Origin: Chiloscyllium plagiosum
Taxonomy: Eukaryota
Direction: 5' to 3'
Assembly: GCF_004010195.1 (NCBI RefSeq)
Contig: NC_057750.1
Location: 12,127,144-12,191,143, forward strand
DNA: 64,000 nt
Numbering within the stretch: position 1 is the stretch's first letter; each line of letters opens with the position of its first letter. Position numbers and translations under genes: made by a program. A model generated the notes under the pieces. The model did not search any database, was not told the DNA's origin, and saw only the letters and a list, made by a program, of their open reading frames with translations. Of this stretch, positions 49,746 to 62,032 are shown in pieces.

Positions 49746-51865
49746 CTAAAACTCTTTTAAACGGTTCACTGGTGTTTTGTGGAAAATTATTTAGAAAAAC
49801 AAGAAAATGTTAGTGGAGGCAATTCACTGAACCCAAGACCAAGGTTCTTTCTACTCTTTCTGCTGCCTCAGGTATTAAGAATGTGGAAGGGTCAACAGTT
49901 TCCTTCAGCTGCTATAGATGTGACCCAGCAATTGATAATGTTTTACCTGTGTTCCATGTCAGATTAAAAGGAATGAAAGCTGAGGAAATAATCACTAATG
50001 ATGAGAGTGACTGGAGTCCAAATGGCCAGTGCAGCTAGGTGAAGAGTTTTGCTCCTGGACCCAGCCATGGTTCTGTAGGAGTCACGATTAGCATGCTATT
50101 GAATTTACCAACAAGTCAATGCTGAGGTTTATGCTACACAAATCTCCCCCAAACTCTGTCCGTCAAACCCTATAAGCATAGCTTTCTGTTGCTTTCACAC
50201 TCACATGCCTACCCTTAAAGGCAGAAGTGGGTACTGCAGATGCTGGAGATTAGAGTCAAGATTAGAGTGGTGCTGGAAAAGCACAGCAGGTCAGGCAGCA
50301 TCCGAGGAGCAGGAAACGTCGATTTACCCTTAAAGGCATCTATTCTATTCACCTCAACTTATCCATATGGTAATAAGTTCCACATTTTCAAATTTCTGAC
50401 ACATTGTATTGGATGTATTTATGAATATTTCAAGTAATTATTTTATATTGATACCCCCATTGGAAGGGAGGGAGGTCAGAGATTAAATCCCTTGTGCTCT
50501 TAGGTGGTACGTAAATCATTAAATGTAAGGTTGTGGGTTTCCTTCTAGGTTTCTAGGTTTCCTTCCTGTGTGGTTTCCTGGGTTTTGGGAAACCCAGCAG
50601 CTAACTGTAGATAAGGGTAGATCCATGGAACTGGCAAGTAAGTGTTTTTCCAGCACTGTTTGTGGTCAGGAATACCATCAAGCTTACCTTCTCTGCCTTA
50701 CATAGGATTCTTCCTAAAACCAATTATATTTCAGTTGGACCACCTGAGGTTGCGGGTTGCATTTGCCCCATTCCTGCCCCAACTCCTCAGAATCAGTGAC
50801 CACCACCACCTTCTCTCTCACACTTGCACTGATCTCTCCCCACTCCTGACCTGTGGCCTTCTCAGGAACATTCTAACCAATCTGGCCTGTTTCTGGTCAA
50901 GGAATGTGCTGGAAAAATTTGGATGAGGTTGTGGAATCCAAATTTCAGGTTTGCCAAATCCTCCCAACAGCTCCACTACTGACCCACTGCCCATTCGCCT
51001 CCCACATTCACAAATACCATTCTAGTCATCATTAGGGTTGTAAAATGGGACCTAACTTATTGCAAATAGATTTCATAATTATTTCTCGATCTTACTCTTT
51101 AACAACACATTTTCAATGAGAAGAAAGTTCTGATGGCCTGTGTTTTTCTTTTCTGTGTGATGAATACATAGGAAGCAGGGCTGCAGGAGCCCACAGGTTG
51201 TGACCTGCCCTTGGTCTCTCAGGAAAGAGACATCTGAAGGGACCATTTTCAACAGAGGCCAAATCCCATTTGTAACAGTTCCCGATTTCAGAGAAACAAC
51301 AGACAGGAAGAGAAAGAAGACTCAGAAGTGATGAGTGGGTTACTATGGTAAAATTATGGGTGGCATTGCATGTTTGAGCCAACCTTTTGTATAAAAAGAC
51401 GTCACTTTGTTCTTAATCACTACTTGTGTTAAATTTAGATTATGTAGCATGAAATTTACACTGGGCTGAATAATTACAGAACATTAAACCCCATCCCTCT
51501 CCCCCAATCCTGAACTGCAGTAATTTGCAGTAAATCTGGAATATTAACTGACTGTTGTTCTACAATGTTGCAAAATCATTTCCCATTGATCTCTGGTATT
51601 CAAAAGAAATGAACAAACATTTACCTTCTTGAAGTCAAAAACCTTTTTCAGCATTAGAAATGTTGATATCAGGGAAGGTGCACTTACTCTAAAGAATGAT
51701 GTTTCAACCATTCCGCAAGGTTAGTCTGGCTACTTCCCAGCTATCCGCTCCACCCTCCCCTCTGACCCATCACCTCCATCCCCACCCCCAATCACCTACT
51801 GTATTCTTTGCTACCTTCCCCCACCCTCCCCTCTGACCTATCACCTCCATCCCCACTCCCAATCA

Positions 51866-52429
51866 CAGCCTTTAATATATTCATCCACTCAAAAGACCAA
51901 AAATCCACCCCTTTCAGCCTTTAATATATTCATCCACTCAAAAGACCAAAAATCCACCCCTTTCAGCCTTTAATATATTCATCCACTCGAAAGACCAAAA
52001 ATCCATCCCTTTCAGCCTTTAATATATTCATCCACTCGAAAGACCAAAAATCCATCCCTTTCAGCCTTTAATATATTCATCCACTCGAAAGACCAAAAAT
52101 CCATCCCTTTCAGCCTTTAATATATTCATCCACTCGAAAGACCAAAAATCCATCCCTTTCAGCCTTTAATATATTCATCCACTCGAAAGACCAAAAATCC
52201 ATCCCTTTCAGCCTTTAATATATTCATCCACTCGAAAGACCAAAAATCCATCCCTTTCAGCCTTTAATATATTCATCCACTCGAAAGACCAAAAATCCAT
52301 CCCTTTCAGCCTTTAATATATTCATCCACTCGAAAGACCAAAAATCCATCCCTTTCAGCCTTTAATATATTCATCCACTCGAAAGACCAAAAATCCACCC
52401 CTTTCAGCCTTTAATATATTCATCCACTC
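51866..52429. repeat. 49-bp tandem repeat, 11.5 copies
   Basis: Unit CAGCCTTTAATATATTCATCCACTC(G/A)AAAGACCAAAAATCCA(T/C)CCCTTT; starts at 51866, 51915, 51964, 52013 ... 52405. Confidence 0.97.
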
Positions 52430-53984
52430 TTTAGGGGAAGAGAATTGAAAAGGTGACTAACATTCTATGAGAAAATAATTCAAATAAGATCTTAGCCTCC
52501 ACCAGGTGATGATTCCAGACACTGAGATAAGAGTAAGCCAAGACAGAGGAGATTAGTGGTCTGACAAACTGAATTATTTATTGAATGTTTCTTACTCATC
52601 ACAGGGTGTAAATTGGTTGCAGCCAGTTATGTCTTCAAGCTGATGAGAATTCTCATTATTCTGTAGCAGACCATGGGTCTTTTGTTTTGGTATTAATATG
52701 TACTGGTCAGTTTGCCTGTGGAGCAGCCTGTCTGATGCCTATTTATTTTAGTCCTTCAGCTTCTTTCCCCCAGCAGGGCTCTTATAATGGTTTTGGATAA
52801 GCTTAAATTTTCTGAAGTTGCTGTGTTTTTAAGTCAAGTGGAAGTTATTAATTTCCCCTCAGCTATTGGCCAAATTATTCAATTCTAACATAGCAACTCT
52901 GTGCATAATAGGCGATGTAAATGAAGTTGTGAGAAATGCCCCTTTTAATTCACTCAATTCTGGGATGTCTGCAGAGAGAGGCAAAACTATACCTTTGCAT
53001 CATTGGAACTAGACAGCAGCCAACCTGGGGCCAGAGATGTTGGCATTGTACAGACACATCGTAAAAAAAAGAGACTAGGGTCAGAAGATGGATTGTTTCC
53101 CCGATCTCATTTGATTTGCTAGTTGTGGACATCACATAGGAATTACAATATGGTTCTGCGATGGTAAAGCTTAAGAGAGCTGGTCGAGGCCTACATTTAC
53201 GTCCCTGCAGAGGTGGTTGGAAGATGAGGAGAGTCGGGAAAGACATCACCTTCCCAGGGCAACTAGGAAGATGCAACAAATACTGGCCTTGCCTTTGATG
53301 TCCTGCCATTAAGAATTAATCCATCATAAAAAATGATGGATGAGTACTTTAACATTTCTAACAGTTGGCACCTATAAATACAAGCTTTGCTTTGCTAGAT
53401 GTGACAAATTTATTGTTTATTTCTCAGTCCCACTCTTGGTTTGTTTTAAAATTGTAGTGATTCTATTGTTTTGTGCCCAACTCTATGACTTGGATTCAAA
53501 ACAGACTGGTCAAGGAGAAGGTGAGATCAAGGAGCTGCCTTCATCCTTGGGCTTCTTTATAACATCGTTTCTTACCTGCTAAGACTAACTAGTATTTAGA
53601 AACGTTTGAGGCTCTTACATTATTGAAAGACTATTGTGCAAACTCAACTGCTTAATGCTAGTTACTCTACTTTTCATGTTTGTCTCCGTGTGCTTACAAT
53701 ATTCACATGGTGGACTTCAGGTTCTTGCCTAGTTCTCCTTGTGCATTTCTTTTAACTCTATCTAAACTTGTGCTATTTATACCTGGTGAGGAGCAACTCT
53801 GTGATCTTGGAGGGTTGCTTCAGGGTCCTACACAACAACAAAGCTCAGGGAGTAGGCATTCAAGATAGAAGTATCTGTGTAATGATGTGATGATAGTCAC
53901 CTGTAAGGACTCTGCAAATGGGGAGAATTGAGTGGCTGTTCAATGCCACTTGAAGGTCATGAGGTCAACTGTCCCAAGCCTTAG

Positions 53985-54245
53985 TGAGTTTTGAGAAGAT
54001 TTGTAGCTCAGGTTGTGGTTCTGGATGTAGGTTTGCTCACTGAGCTGGAAGGTTCATTTCCAGACGTTTTGTCACCCTACTAGGTAACATCTTCAGTGGG
54101 CCTCCGGGTGAAGCACTCTTGCTAATTCCTGCTTTCTATTTATATGCTTGGGTTTCTTTGGGTTGGTGGTGTCATTTCCTGTGGTGACATCATTTCATGT
54201 GATGATGTCATTTCCGGTTCTTTTTCTCAGGGGGTGATAGATGTC
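53985..54245 (-). mobile_element. Penelope-like 3' terminal fragment
   Basis: Reverse complement matches 13100-13342; hammerhead core with GAAA changed to AAAA. Confidence 0.85.
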
Positions 54246-54824
54246 CCAAGACTTGAAGGAATGTCCCTAAAGAGACAATGGGGTGCCCATATGTTCTTGT
54301 CACAATATGGCAACTGTAGTAGATGACATTCCATGGCCGCTTCCGTTACTAAGGTGCTGCCTCATGTTTCTTGAGCGAAGGGGCAGAGAGATACTGAAAT
54401 GAAGATTACAGAAGAGAAAATGGAGTGTCCCACCATTCATCAATCCTAAATGTCATCATATTGCCGAATATTGTCGAATTTGAAAATGATGAAAACTCAG
54501 TGGAGACCTTTTGAGTTAACATCAAACCATTTATAAAGAGACATTAAATCCCAAGTCAGAATTTATGAACACAAATACTTTGGGTTTATTGACAGGGCTT
54601 GTAATGCTCTTTGCTAAAGTGAACAATGCAACAGCCATGGAAATTGAAATCCAGTTTACGTAAAATCTTAAATAAGATATGACAAGGTCAGATTCTCCAC
54701 ATTGTTCCACTCATGCTTCCTCAGTGCTGTCCTTGGGTTTTTGCTCCTGCACTTCAACTTGCCATGCTTATAAAAGGCAGCTTAATGCTGCGATGATGCG
54801 TTGATGTTCTCACAAATTTTTTTT

Positions 54825-55890
54825 ATTCATTCAGGGGCTGTGAGCGTCACTGGCTGCACTAGCATTTATTGCCCATCCCTAATTGCCCTCGAGAAGATGA
54901 CAGGGAGTTGTCGTCTTGAACTGTTGCAGTCCATATGGTGTAGGAACACCCACAGTGTGGTTAGGTAGGAAGTTCTGATTTTTGACCCAATGACAGGGAA
55001 GGAACAATGATAAAGGTCGAAGGATGGCGAGTGGTTTGGAACTTCAGATGGTAGTATTCTATGTAGTTGGTGCCCTTGCCCTGCTGGATGGTAGTTGTTG
55101 TGAAATTGGAAAGTGATGTCTAAGGAATGCTCAATGAATTTCTGCCATGCATTTTGTAGATAGTACTTACTGCTGCTACATTGTTCCATTGTTACAATGA
55201 GTGAATGTTTTTGGATGTGGTGCTAATCCAAAGTACTGCTTTGTCCTGAATACTGACAAACTTCTTGAGTGTGGTTCGAGCTTCACTCAGCAAGAACAAG
55301 TGGAAGGTATTGCATCACGTTCCTGGCTTGTGACTTGTAGATGGTGGACAGGGTTTGTTGAGTCAGAAGACCTGCAGGATTCTTAGTCTCTGACCTGTTC
55401 TTGTAACCACAATATTTGCATGGCCGGTCCAATTGATTTCTGGTCAAAGGTAATCCCCAGGGTGTTGATAACGGTGGATTCAGCAATGATAATGCAATTG
55501 AATACGATGGTTAGATTATCTTGGAGACTGGTACTTGGTGGTGCACATGTTTACATGGCACTTGTCAGCTCAAGCTTGGATATTATCCAGGTCGTGCTGA
55601 ATTTGAACATAGGCTGCTTCAGAATCTGTGGAGTTGTGAACGATGCCGAACACTGTGCAATTACCAGCTAACGTCCCTTCTTGTGACCCTATACTGGAGA
55701 AAAGGTCACTGATGAATTATCTCAAGATGGTTGAGTGTAGGACTCTATCTGAGGAGGTCCTGCAGTGAATCCTGGAGCTGAGTTGATTAACCCTCATCAA
55801 TCACAACTATCTCCCTTTATGCTAGATATAACTCCAACCAGTGAAGGGTTTTCCTTCCAATTTCCATTGACTCTAGTTTTGCTATAACTC
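54825..55890 (-). mobile_element. Second CR1-clade LINE family, 3' part
   Basis: LSTIYKSQARNVMQYLPL; tail AATTAGGGATGGGCAATAAATGC in reverse complement. Confidence 0.8.
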
Positions 55891-55929
55891 TTTTATTAAT
55901 CAATTCACCGAATCGACTTCATACACACC

Positions 55930-56258
55930 ATAGACTGACATTGCTGGGCAAGTACTAAGGCAGTGCTGCACTGTCTGAGATGCTGTCATTTGGAATGAGA
56001 ATTTAGTCCAAGGCTCCTTTTATCCCGAAAGGCGGATGTAAAGAGATCCATAACTATTGAAGAATGGAGGGCAGGGGAGTTCTCCTCAATGTCAAACTTG
56101 GTCACTGAACTGACAACACTACTTGGCCACTCACTTCTTTTGGGTCTGTGAGAAAATTGCTGAAGCATTTCTTGCGTTACAACAGAGACTGCTATTCAAA
56201 AAGGACTTAATTGGTGATGAAGTAGATTGAGATGTCCTGAGGTCTCGAAAAGGATATT
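55930..56258 (+). mobile_element. Deu-domain SINE
   Basis: GTGCTGCACTGTC...GGATGTAAAGAGATCC...GCAGGGGAGTTCTCC...GTCCTGAGGTC. Confidence 0.72.
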
Positions 56259-56559
56259 GTTGGGGGGAAATAATTTTCTGAGGGATTGAATCAATCTCCA
56301 CTTGCAGAGGCATGATTTAATCAAGAATAGTTACCATGACTTTGTCAAGGGGTGATCATGTCTAATTTGAATATTTTTATGGATTTGGTTGAGCAGTTGA
56401 TGTAGTCTACCTTGAATTGAATAGTCTCTTGACAAGGTCTAGCATGGTAGACTGGTTACAAAGTGAAGATCCCATGGGATTATGGGTAATTTGACAAATT
56501 GGATCCAAAATAGGGGACCTATCACAACAGCTCTTGGTTCACTGCCATGTGCTTTGTTC

Positions 56560-57160
56560 CTTGACCCTCTGGGATGCCTTGGTCCACCCTTCCTTCACTC
56601 CCAACAACTCCCCACAGCATCATAGCACCCTCCCTGCAATGCAGAAGGTGTAACACCTATCCATTTACCTCCTCCCTCCTCAGTATCAAAGGGCCCAAAC
56701 ACACCTTCCAGGTGAAGAAGCATTTTACCTGCACTTCATGCCATCATGTCGACCACATTCGCTGCACATAATGTGGTCTCCTCTACATTGGGGAAACGAA
56801 GCGTAAACTGGGTGACTGCTTTGCAGAACACCTAGAAGCATTTTACCTGCACTTCATGCCATCATGTCGACCACATTCGCTGCACATAATGTGGTCTCCT
56901 CTACATTGGGGAAACGAAGCGTAAACTGGGTGACTGCTTTGCAGAACACCTACGTTCTGTCCACAAAAAAGATCCTGAGCTTCTAGTTGCCTGTCACTTT
57001 TTGTCAGCCTGCTGGACAAACTGTCCTCATTCCTGAAGAAGGGCTAATGCCCGAAACGTCGATTCTCCTGTTCCCTAGATGCTGCCTGACCTGCTGCGCT
57101 TTTCCAGCAACACATTTCCATCTCTGATCTCCAGCATCTGCAGACCTCACTTTCTCCTGT
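56560..57160 (+). mobile_element. Second Penelope-like family, GIY-YIG relic plus hammerhead-bearing terminal repeat
   Basis: CRRCNTYPF...FTCTS...IRCT*CGLLYIGETKRKLGDCFAEHLRSV...VACHF; CTGAAGA-AGGGC-TAAT-GCCC-GAAA-CGTC at 57033-57060. Confidence 0.85.
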
Positions 57161-57473
57161 CACTTGGTTTTTATGAGGTTATGATGGAGCTGTATAAGAT
57201 CTTAGTTAGGTCACAGCTTGGAGTACTGTGTGCAGGTCTGATCGCCAAACTATATGAAGGAAGTGATTGCACTAGTGAGGGTGCAGAGGGGATTCACCAG
57301 GATGTTTCCCGGCTTGAGCGATCATCTATGGAGATGGTTGTTTTCTACAGGATGATGGCTGAAGTGTACAAAGTTATGAGAGGCAAAGACAGCAGGGATA
57401 GAGGCATTAGTAATCATGGCGCCCAATTTTTAGGTAAGGAGCAAGACCTTTAGAGGGAATTAGAGGAATCAAT

Positions 57474-57779
57474 GGGCGGCATGGTGGCTCAATGGTTAGC
57501 ACTGCTGCCTCATAGCCCCAGGGACCCGGGTTCAATTCCTGCCACGGGCAGTTTTCTGTGTGGAATTTGCATATTCTCCCCGTGCCTGCATGGGTTTCCT
57601 TCCACAGTCCAAAGATGTGCAGGTTAGGTGAATTGTGTATGCTAAATTGCCCGTAGTGTTAGGTGCACTAGTCAGGGGTAAATATAGGGGAATGGGTCTG
57701 GGTGGGTTACTCTTCAGAGGGTCAGTGTGGAATTGTTAGGCTGAAGGGCCTGTTTCCACACTGTAGGGAATCTAATCTT
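57474..57779 (+). mobile_element. HE1 V-SINE
   Basis: A and B boxes, V domain, tail. Confidence 0.9.
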
Positions 57780-57831
57780 ACCAAAAGGGTTGTGGGTATC
57801 TGGAAATCAGTAGCTAAAAAGAGGCAGGAAC

Positions 57832-58064
57832 TGTAGTGACTGTAATGAACTCAGCCAGGTGGGTCTCATAGAATATCAACCCTGATTGGATCAGATGAAC
57901 AGTCCCAATCAGGGAGCCCTGGCTGACGGATAGAAACAAGAGTGGCAGACAACCTGACACTCTGAGAGCTAGCTCTGAGGGAGCTGGATCAGTGTCAAGG
58001 ACTCTCCATGTGTCAATAAAAGGTGGCTTGGTGATGGGATAATGGTCCCTGTGGAATTATTTCA
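57832..58064 (+). mobile_element. Gypsy-type solo LTR
   Basis: TG...CA termini, CCAAT, AATAAA, 4-bp duplication GAAC at 57828-57831 and 58065-58068; homologous to the LTR at 28214-28750. Confidence 0.88.
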
Positions 58065-58655
58065 GAACCCTCGAGACATTTAAGAAGTGTTTATATGAGT
58101 ACCTGAAATGCCATAGTATTCAAGGCTACAGGCCAAGTACTAAAAATTGGGATTAGAATTGGTAGCTGCTTGATGACTAGCAGAGACATGATGGATTGAG
58201 GGCCGTTTTGTTGCTGCATAAACTCTATTTCTCTTTGATGGTATGGTGTTGGGCCGGATTTTCCAAGGTTGGCAACATGAACATACAAATAAGGATCATT
58301 TGGCCCTTCTAGCCTACTCAGTCATCCGGTAAGAATATTGCTGATGTGATTCGACCCTCAACTCTAAGATCCTGCATATCCCCAATAATCTTTCATCCCC
58401 TTTGTAATCTGTCTGCCTTAAAGATTCTGCATCTACTGCCTTTTGAGGAAGGGAATCCAACAGCTTTCAACCCTCTGAAATAAATAAAATAACCAAAGAC
58501 CAAATTGATTCTTATGGTCTGCTAATTCTTCTATTTCTGATTCATAGAAATGGAAACAGGGTTTAATAGTAAACGTGAAGAACTTGGGGAAAATGAGGAT
58601 TGTCGTAACGTTTTGTTTATGGGATGAGGCTACAGTTGGCTGGGCAGCTTTAATT

Positions 58656-59001
58656 GCACGGTGGCTCAGTTGTTTACACTGTTGCCTCACAGTGCCAGGG
58701 TCTTGGGTTCAATTCCAGTCTTGGGTGACTGTCTGCATGGAGTTCACACATTTGCCCTGTGTCGGTGCAGGTTTCCTCTGGATGCTCCGGCTTCCTCCCA
58801 CAATCCAAAGATGTGCACGTTAGGTGGGTTAGCTAGGCTATGTTACCCATAGTGTCCAGGGATGTGTAGATTAGGTGTGTTAGCCTTAGAAAATGTAGGG
58901 TTATAAAGTAGGGGGATGGGTCTGGGTGGGATGCTGTTCAGAGGGTTGGTGTGGATTTGTTGGGCCAAATGGCCTGTTTCCATACTGCAGGGATTCTATG
59001 A
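58656..59001 (+). mobile_element. HE1 V-SINE
   Basis: Head, V domain, GGGATTCTATGA tail. Confidence 0.88.
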
Positions 59002-59165
59002 TAAGTTCCTTGTGACAATGTTAGCTGGTAATTGCACAATCCCATATCTGTCAAATGACTGGCTTTGGACTGCTGAAGTGATACTGTTGCTAAACAGGAC
59101 AAGCCAGGGCCCCTACACAGCCAATCTCCATCACTGGGGCCTCAGTACAAAGCCTTTATGTACTT

Positions 59166-59256
59166 GGTTAAAAATCACACAACACCAGGTTATAGTCCAA
59201 CAAGTTTAATTGGTAGCACTAGCTTTTGGAGTGCTGCTCCTTCATCAGGTGATTGT
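59166..59256 (-). mobile_element. Third Penelope-type terminal fragment with hammerhead relic
   Basis: Reverse complement CAC-CTGATGA-AGGAG-CAGCA-CTCC-AAAA-GCTA-GTG...AATTAAACTTGTTGGACTATAACCTGGTGTTGTG. Confidence 0.7.
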
Positions 59257-59409
59257 CATTTATGTACTTGTAGAAACCCATAGACAAAGTTGCACATTAC
59301 TGAGAGGTTTACCAGCTGTACTTTGAGAGCTGGACTAATCATTGTGAACTCATTGAGGAGTTTGGTGTTGTCTGCTGTCAGGCATTTGAATTTGCTAAAC
59401 AATTATGCA

Positions 59410-59842
59410 AACACATGTGGTACCTTTCACGGTCTAAGGGCATTCTGAAGTGACTTTCAGCCGATGAAGTACTTGTTGTACCGTCAGGAACATGGCAGCC
59501 AATATGCATTTGGCAAGCTCCTACAAACTGCAATGTGATAATGGCGAGGTAATATTTTTATCTTTTTTTGTGATGTTATTTGAGGGATAAACATCGGTGA
59601 GGACTCCAGAGATAATTCCTCTTCTCTTCCTGTAAGTATCATTATGGAATCTTCTATGTCCACTAAAGAGGACAGATATGACCTCAGTTTGTCAGCTCAT
59701 CCAAAGGACAGGACAACGGACTGTGCAAGACCCTTTCAGTATACACTGCTGCATCAACAGAGGATTTTGTGCTTAAACCTTGGACGGAAATTGAATTCAC
59801 AAATCTCTCACTCAGAAGCAACAGATCCACCCACTGAACCAT
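59410..59842 (-). mobile_element. Deu-domain SINE
   Basis: GGAACATGGCAGCCAAT...AATGTGATAATG...GAGGGATAAA...CTCATCCAAAGGACAG...CCACTGAACCA. Confidence 0.7.
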
Positions 59843-60765
59843 GATTGACCAGAGTCCCAGAAATGGCAGATTCCCTCTCCCTGAGAGAAATTGGTGAACC
59901 CTTTGAGTTTTGAGAACAAATGGCCATATTCTAAGATTTAACAATTTTAGTCTAGCTTTTCAATATCACAAAACTACTGTAGTTTATTGACAGGCCTGGT
60001 ATTTCAGCCTGAGAATTCACATGAACAATTCAGGGAGGAATTGTGGACACAAGAGGAGCAAACAGCAGGCATTCAAACCGCTCCTTTTCCTTGACGATCA
60101 ATGACTATTTAATGAAATAGAATCAGAGGATTATCCAGCACAGGAGAAGATATGCCATGGCCTGCCTATCACAACTCTGGGAAAAAGCTACTCATTTTGT
60201 CTCACTCCCTTTGCTTTCCTGGAAAGCTGCAAAGTTCCTTTCCAAGTTTCTATCTAATTACTGATTGATTAAAAGTTACTTTTGAAGCTGCTTCTAACTC
60301 TAATCAAGCAGTTCTGAACAATATGTTGTATATAAACAATATTCTCCTCATCTATCTGCACCCACTTACCCCTTTCCCCCAGACCCTGTTTCTCAGTCAA
60401 TTTCCTTAAATCAGCACATCCCATAAAATTTCCTTTGCTTCCTGCTGATGGAAACACACGGGAGAAAAGAGCATCATCATAGGGATAGCCAATTATTGGG
60501 CTGTAGCTGGTCTTGCTGCAGATTTGGTGTGCTGCATTGGTCCGGATCCTCAAGGTCCTGTCCTATAGATCAGTCCATTAAAACACAACAGAATGGTAGT
60601 AGCCCACAATGGAGAGAAGACAGTGTTGTCAAGGTAGTGCCACTAGGGGACTAGTAACTAAGAGGCCCAGGCTTATCCCCTTTGGGCTTCAGTTCAAACT
60701 TACTATAACAGGAATTTAAGTCCATTTAAAAAAAAATAAAACGTGGAATTAAAACTCAGTTTCAT

Positions 60766-61080
60766 TAGATTACATTTCCTACAGTGCAGAAACAGGCTCT
60801 TCAGTCCAACAAGTCCACACTGACCCTCTGAAGAGTAACCTACCCAGACCCATTTCCCTCTGACTAATGCACCTAACATTATGGGCAGTTTAGGGTGGCC
60901 AGTTCACCTGACCTGCACATCTTTGGACTGTGGGAGGAAACCGGAGCGCCTAGAGGAAACCCATGCAGACACAGGGAAAATGTGCAAACTCCACCCAGAC
61001 AGATGCCCAAGGCTGGAATCGAACCTGGGTCTCTGGTGCTGTGAGGCAGCAGTGCTAATCTCTGAGCCACCGTGCTGCCC
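60766..61080 (-). mobile_element. HE1 V-SINE nested in a tRNA-derived SINE (~60620-61345)
   Basis: Reverse complement GGGCAGCACGGTGGCTCAG, V domain, tail. Confidence 0.9.
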
Positions 61081-61529
61081 GCCCCCAATGATGGTGACCT
61101 CAAAACTATCATCAATTGTCATAAAAATCCATCCGGTTCACTGGTGCACTTTGGGGAAAGGAATCTGCTCTCCTTACCTGGTCTGACTTACATATAAGCC
61201 CTGACTTACAACTGTGTGGCTGACTCTTAACTGGCTTCTGAAATGACCCAGCAAGCCACTCAGTTCAAGGATAATTAGAGATGGGCAACAAAACTAGCCT
61301 TCCCAGCAATGCCGACATTCCCATGAAAGGATAATGAAAAGAAAATTGGGGTTAAAACAGTGAAAGGAGAAGAATGGCAAACCCCACACAATGTGACTGA
61401 TCCACTGTTGGGCTTTGAAATAACTCAACCGCTCATTCAGCTGTGGAAAGCATCACTGCATTGAGTGATAGCACCTTCACCACACCAACTAATGGAGGTC
61501 GAGGAGCTGACTATGTTCTTGTCAATAAA

Positions 61530-62032
61530 TAGAGTCATAGAAATGTACAGCATGGAAACAGACCCTTCAGTCCAACCTGCCCATGCCGACCAAGTATCCC
61601 AACCCAATCTAGTCCCACCTGTCAGTACCCGGCCCATATCCCTCCAAATCCTTCCTATTCATATACCCATCCAGATGCCTTTTAAATCTTACAATTGTAC
61701 CAGCCTCCACCACTTCCTCTGGCAGTTCATTCCATACACGCACCACCCTCTGCGTGAAAAGTTGCCCCTTAGGTCTCTTTTATGTCTTCCCCCTCTCACC
61801 CTAAACCTATGCCCTCTAGTTCTGGACTCCCTGACCCCAGGGAAAAGACTCCGTCTATTTATCTTATCCATGCCCCTCATAATTTTGTAAGCCTCGATAA
61901 GGTCACCCGTCAGCCTCAGACGCTCCAGGGAAAACAGCCCCAGCCTGTTCAGCCTTTCCCTAAAGCTCAAACCCTCCAACCCTGGCAACACCCTTGTAAA
62001 TCTTTGCTGAACCCTTTCAAGTTTCACAACAT
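61530..62032 (-). mobile_element. CR1 (HER1-like) 3' fragment
   Basis: ORF 61689-62027 KLERVQQRFTRVLPGLEGLSFRERLNRLGLFSLE. Confidence 0.93.

Noticed and set aside
51157..51237. C/D-box snoRNA-like GTGATGA...CTGA (also near 52506-52564)
   Set aside because: No convincing terminal stem, internal boxes or recognisable rRNA/snRNA guide
51866..52429. CRISPR-like array
   Set aside because: Contiguous near-identical units with no unique spacers, no cas genes, vertebrate context
6939..61080. Seven of eight HE1 SINEs on the + strand as a hint of host gene orientation
   Set aside because: Sample too small, and CR1 copies show no matching bias
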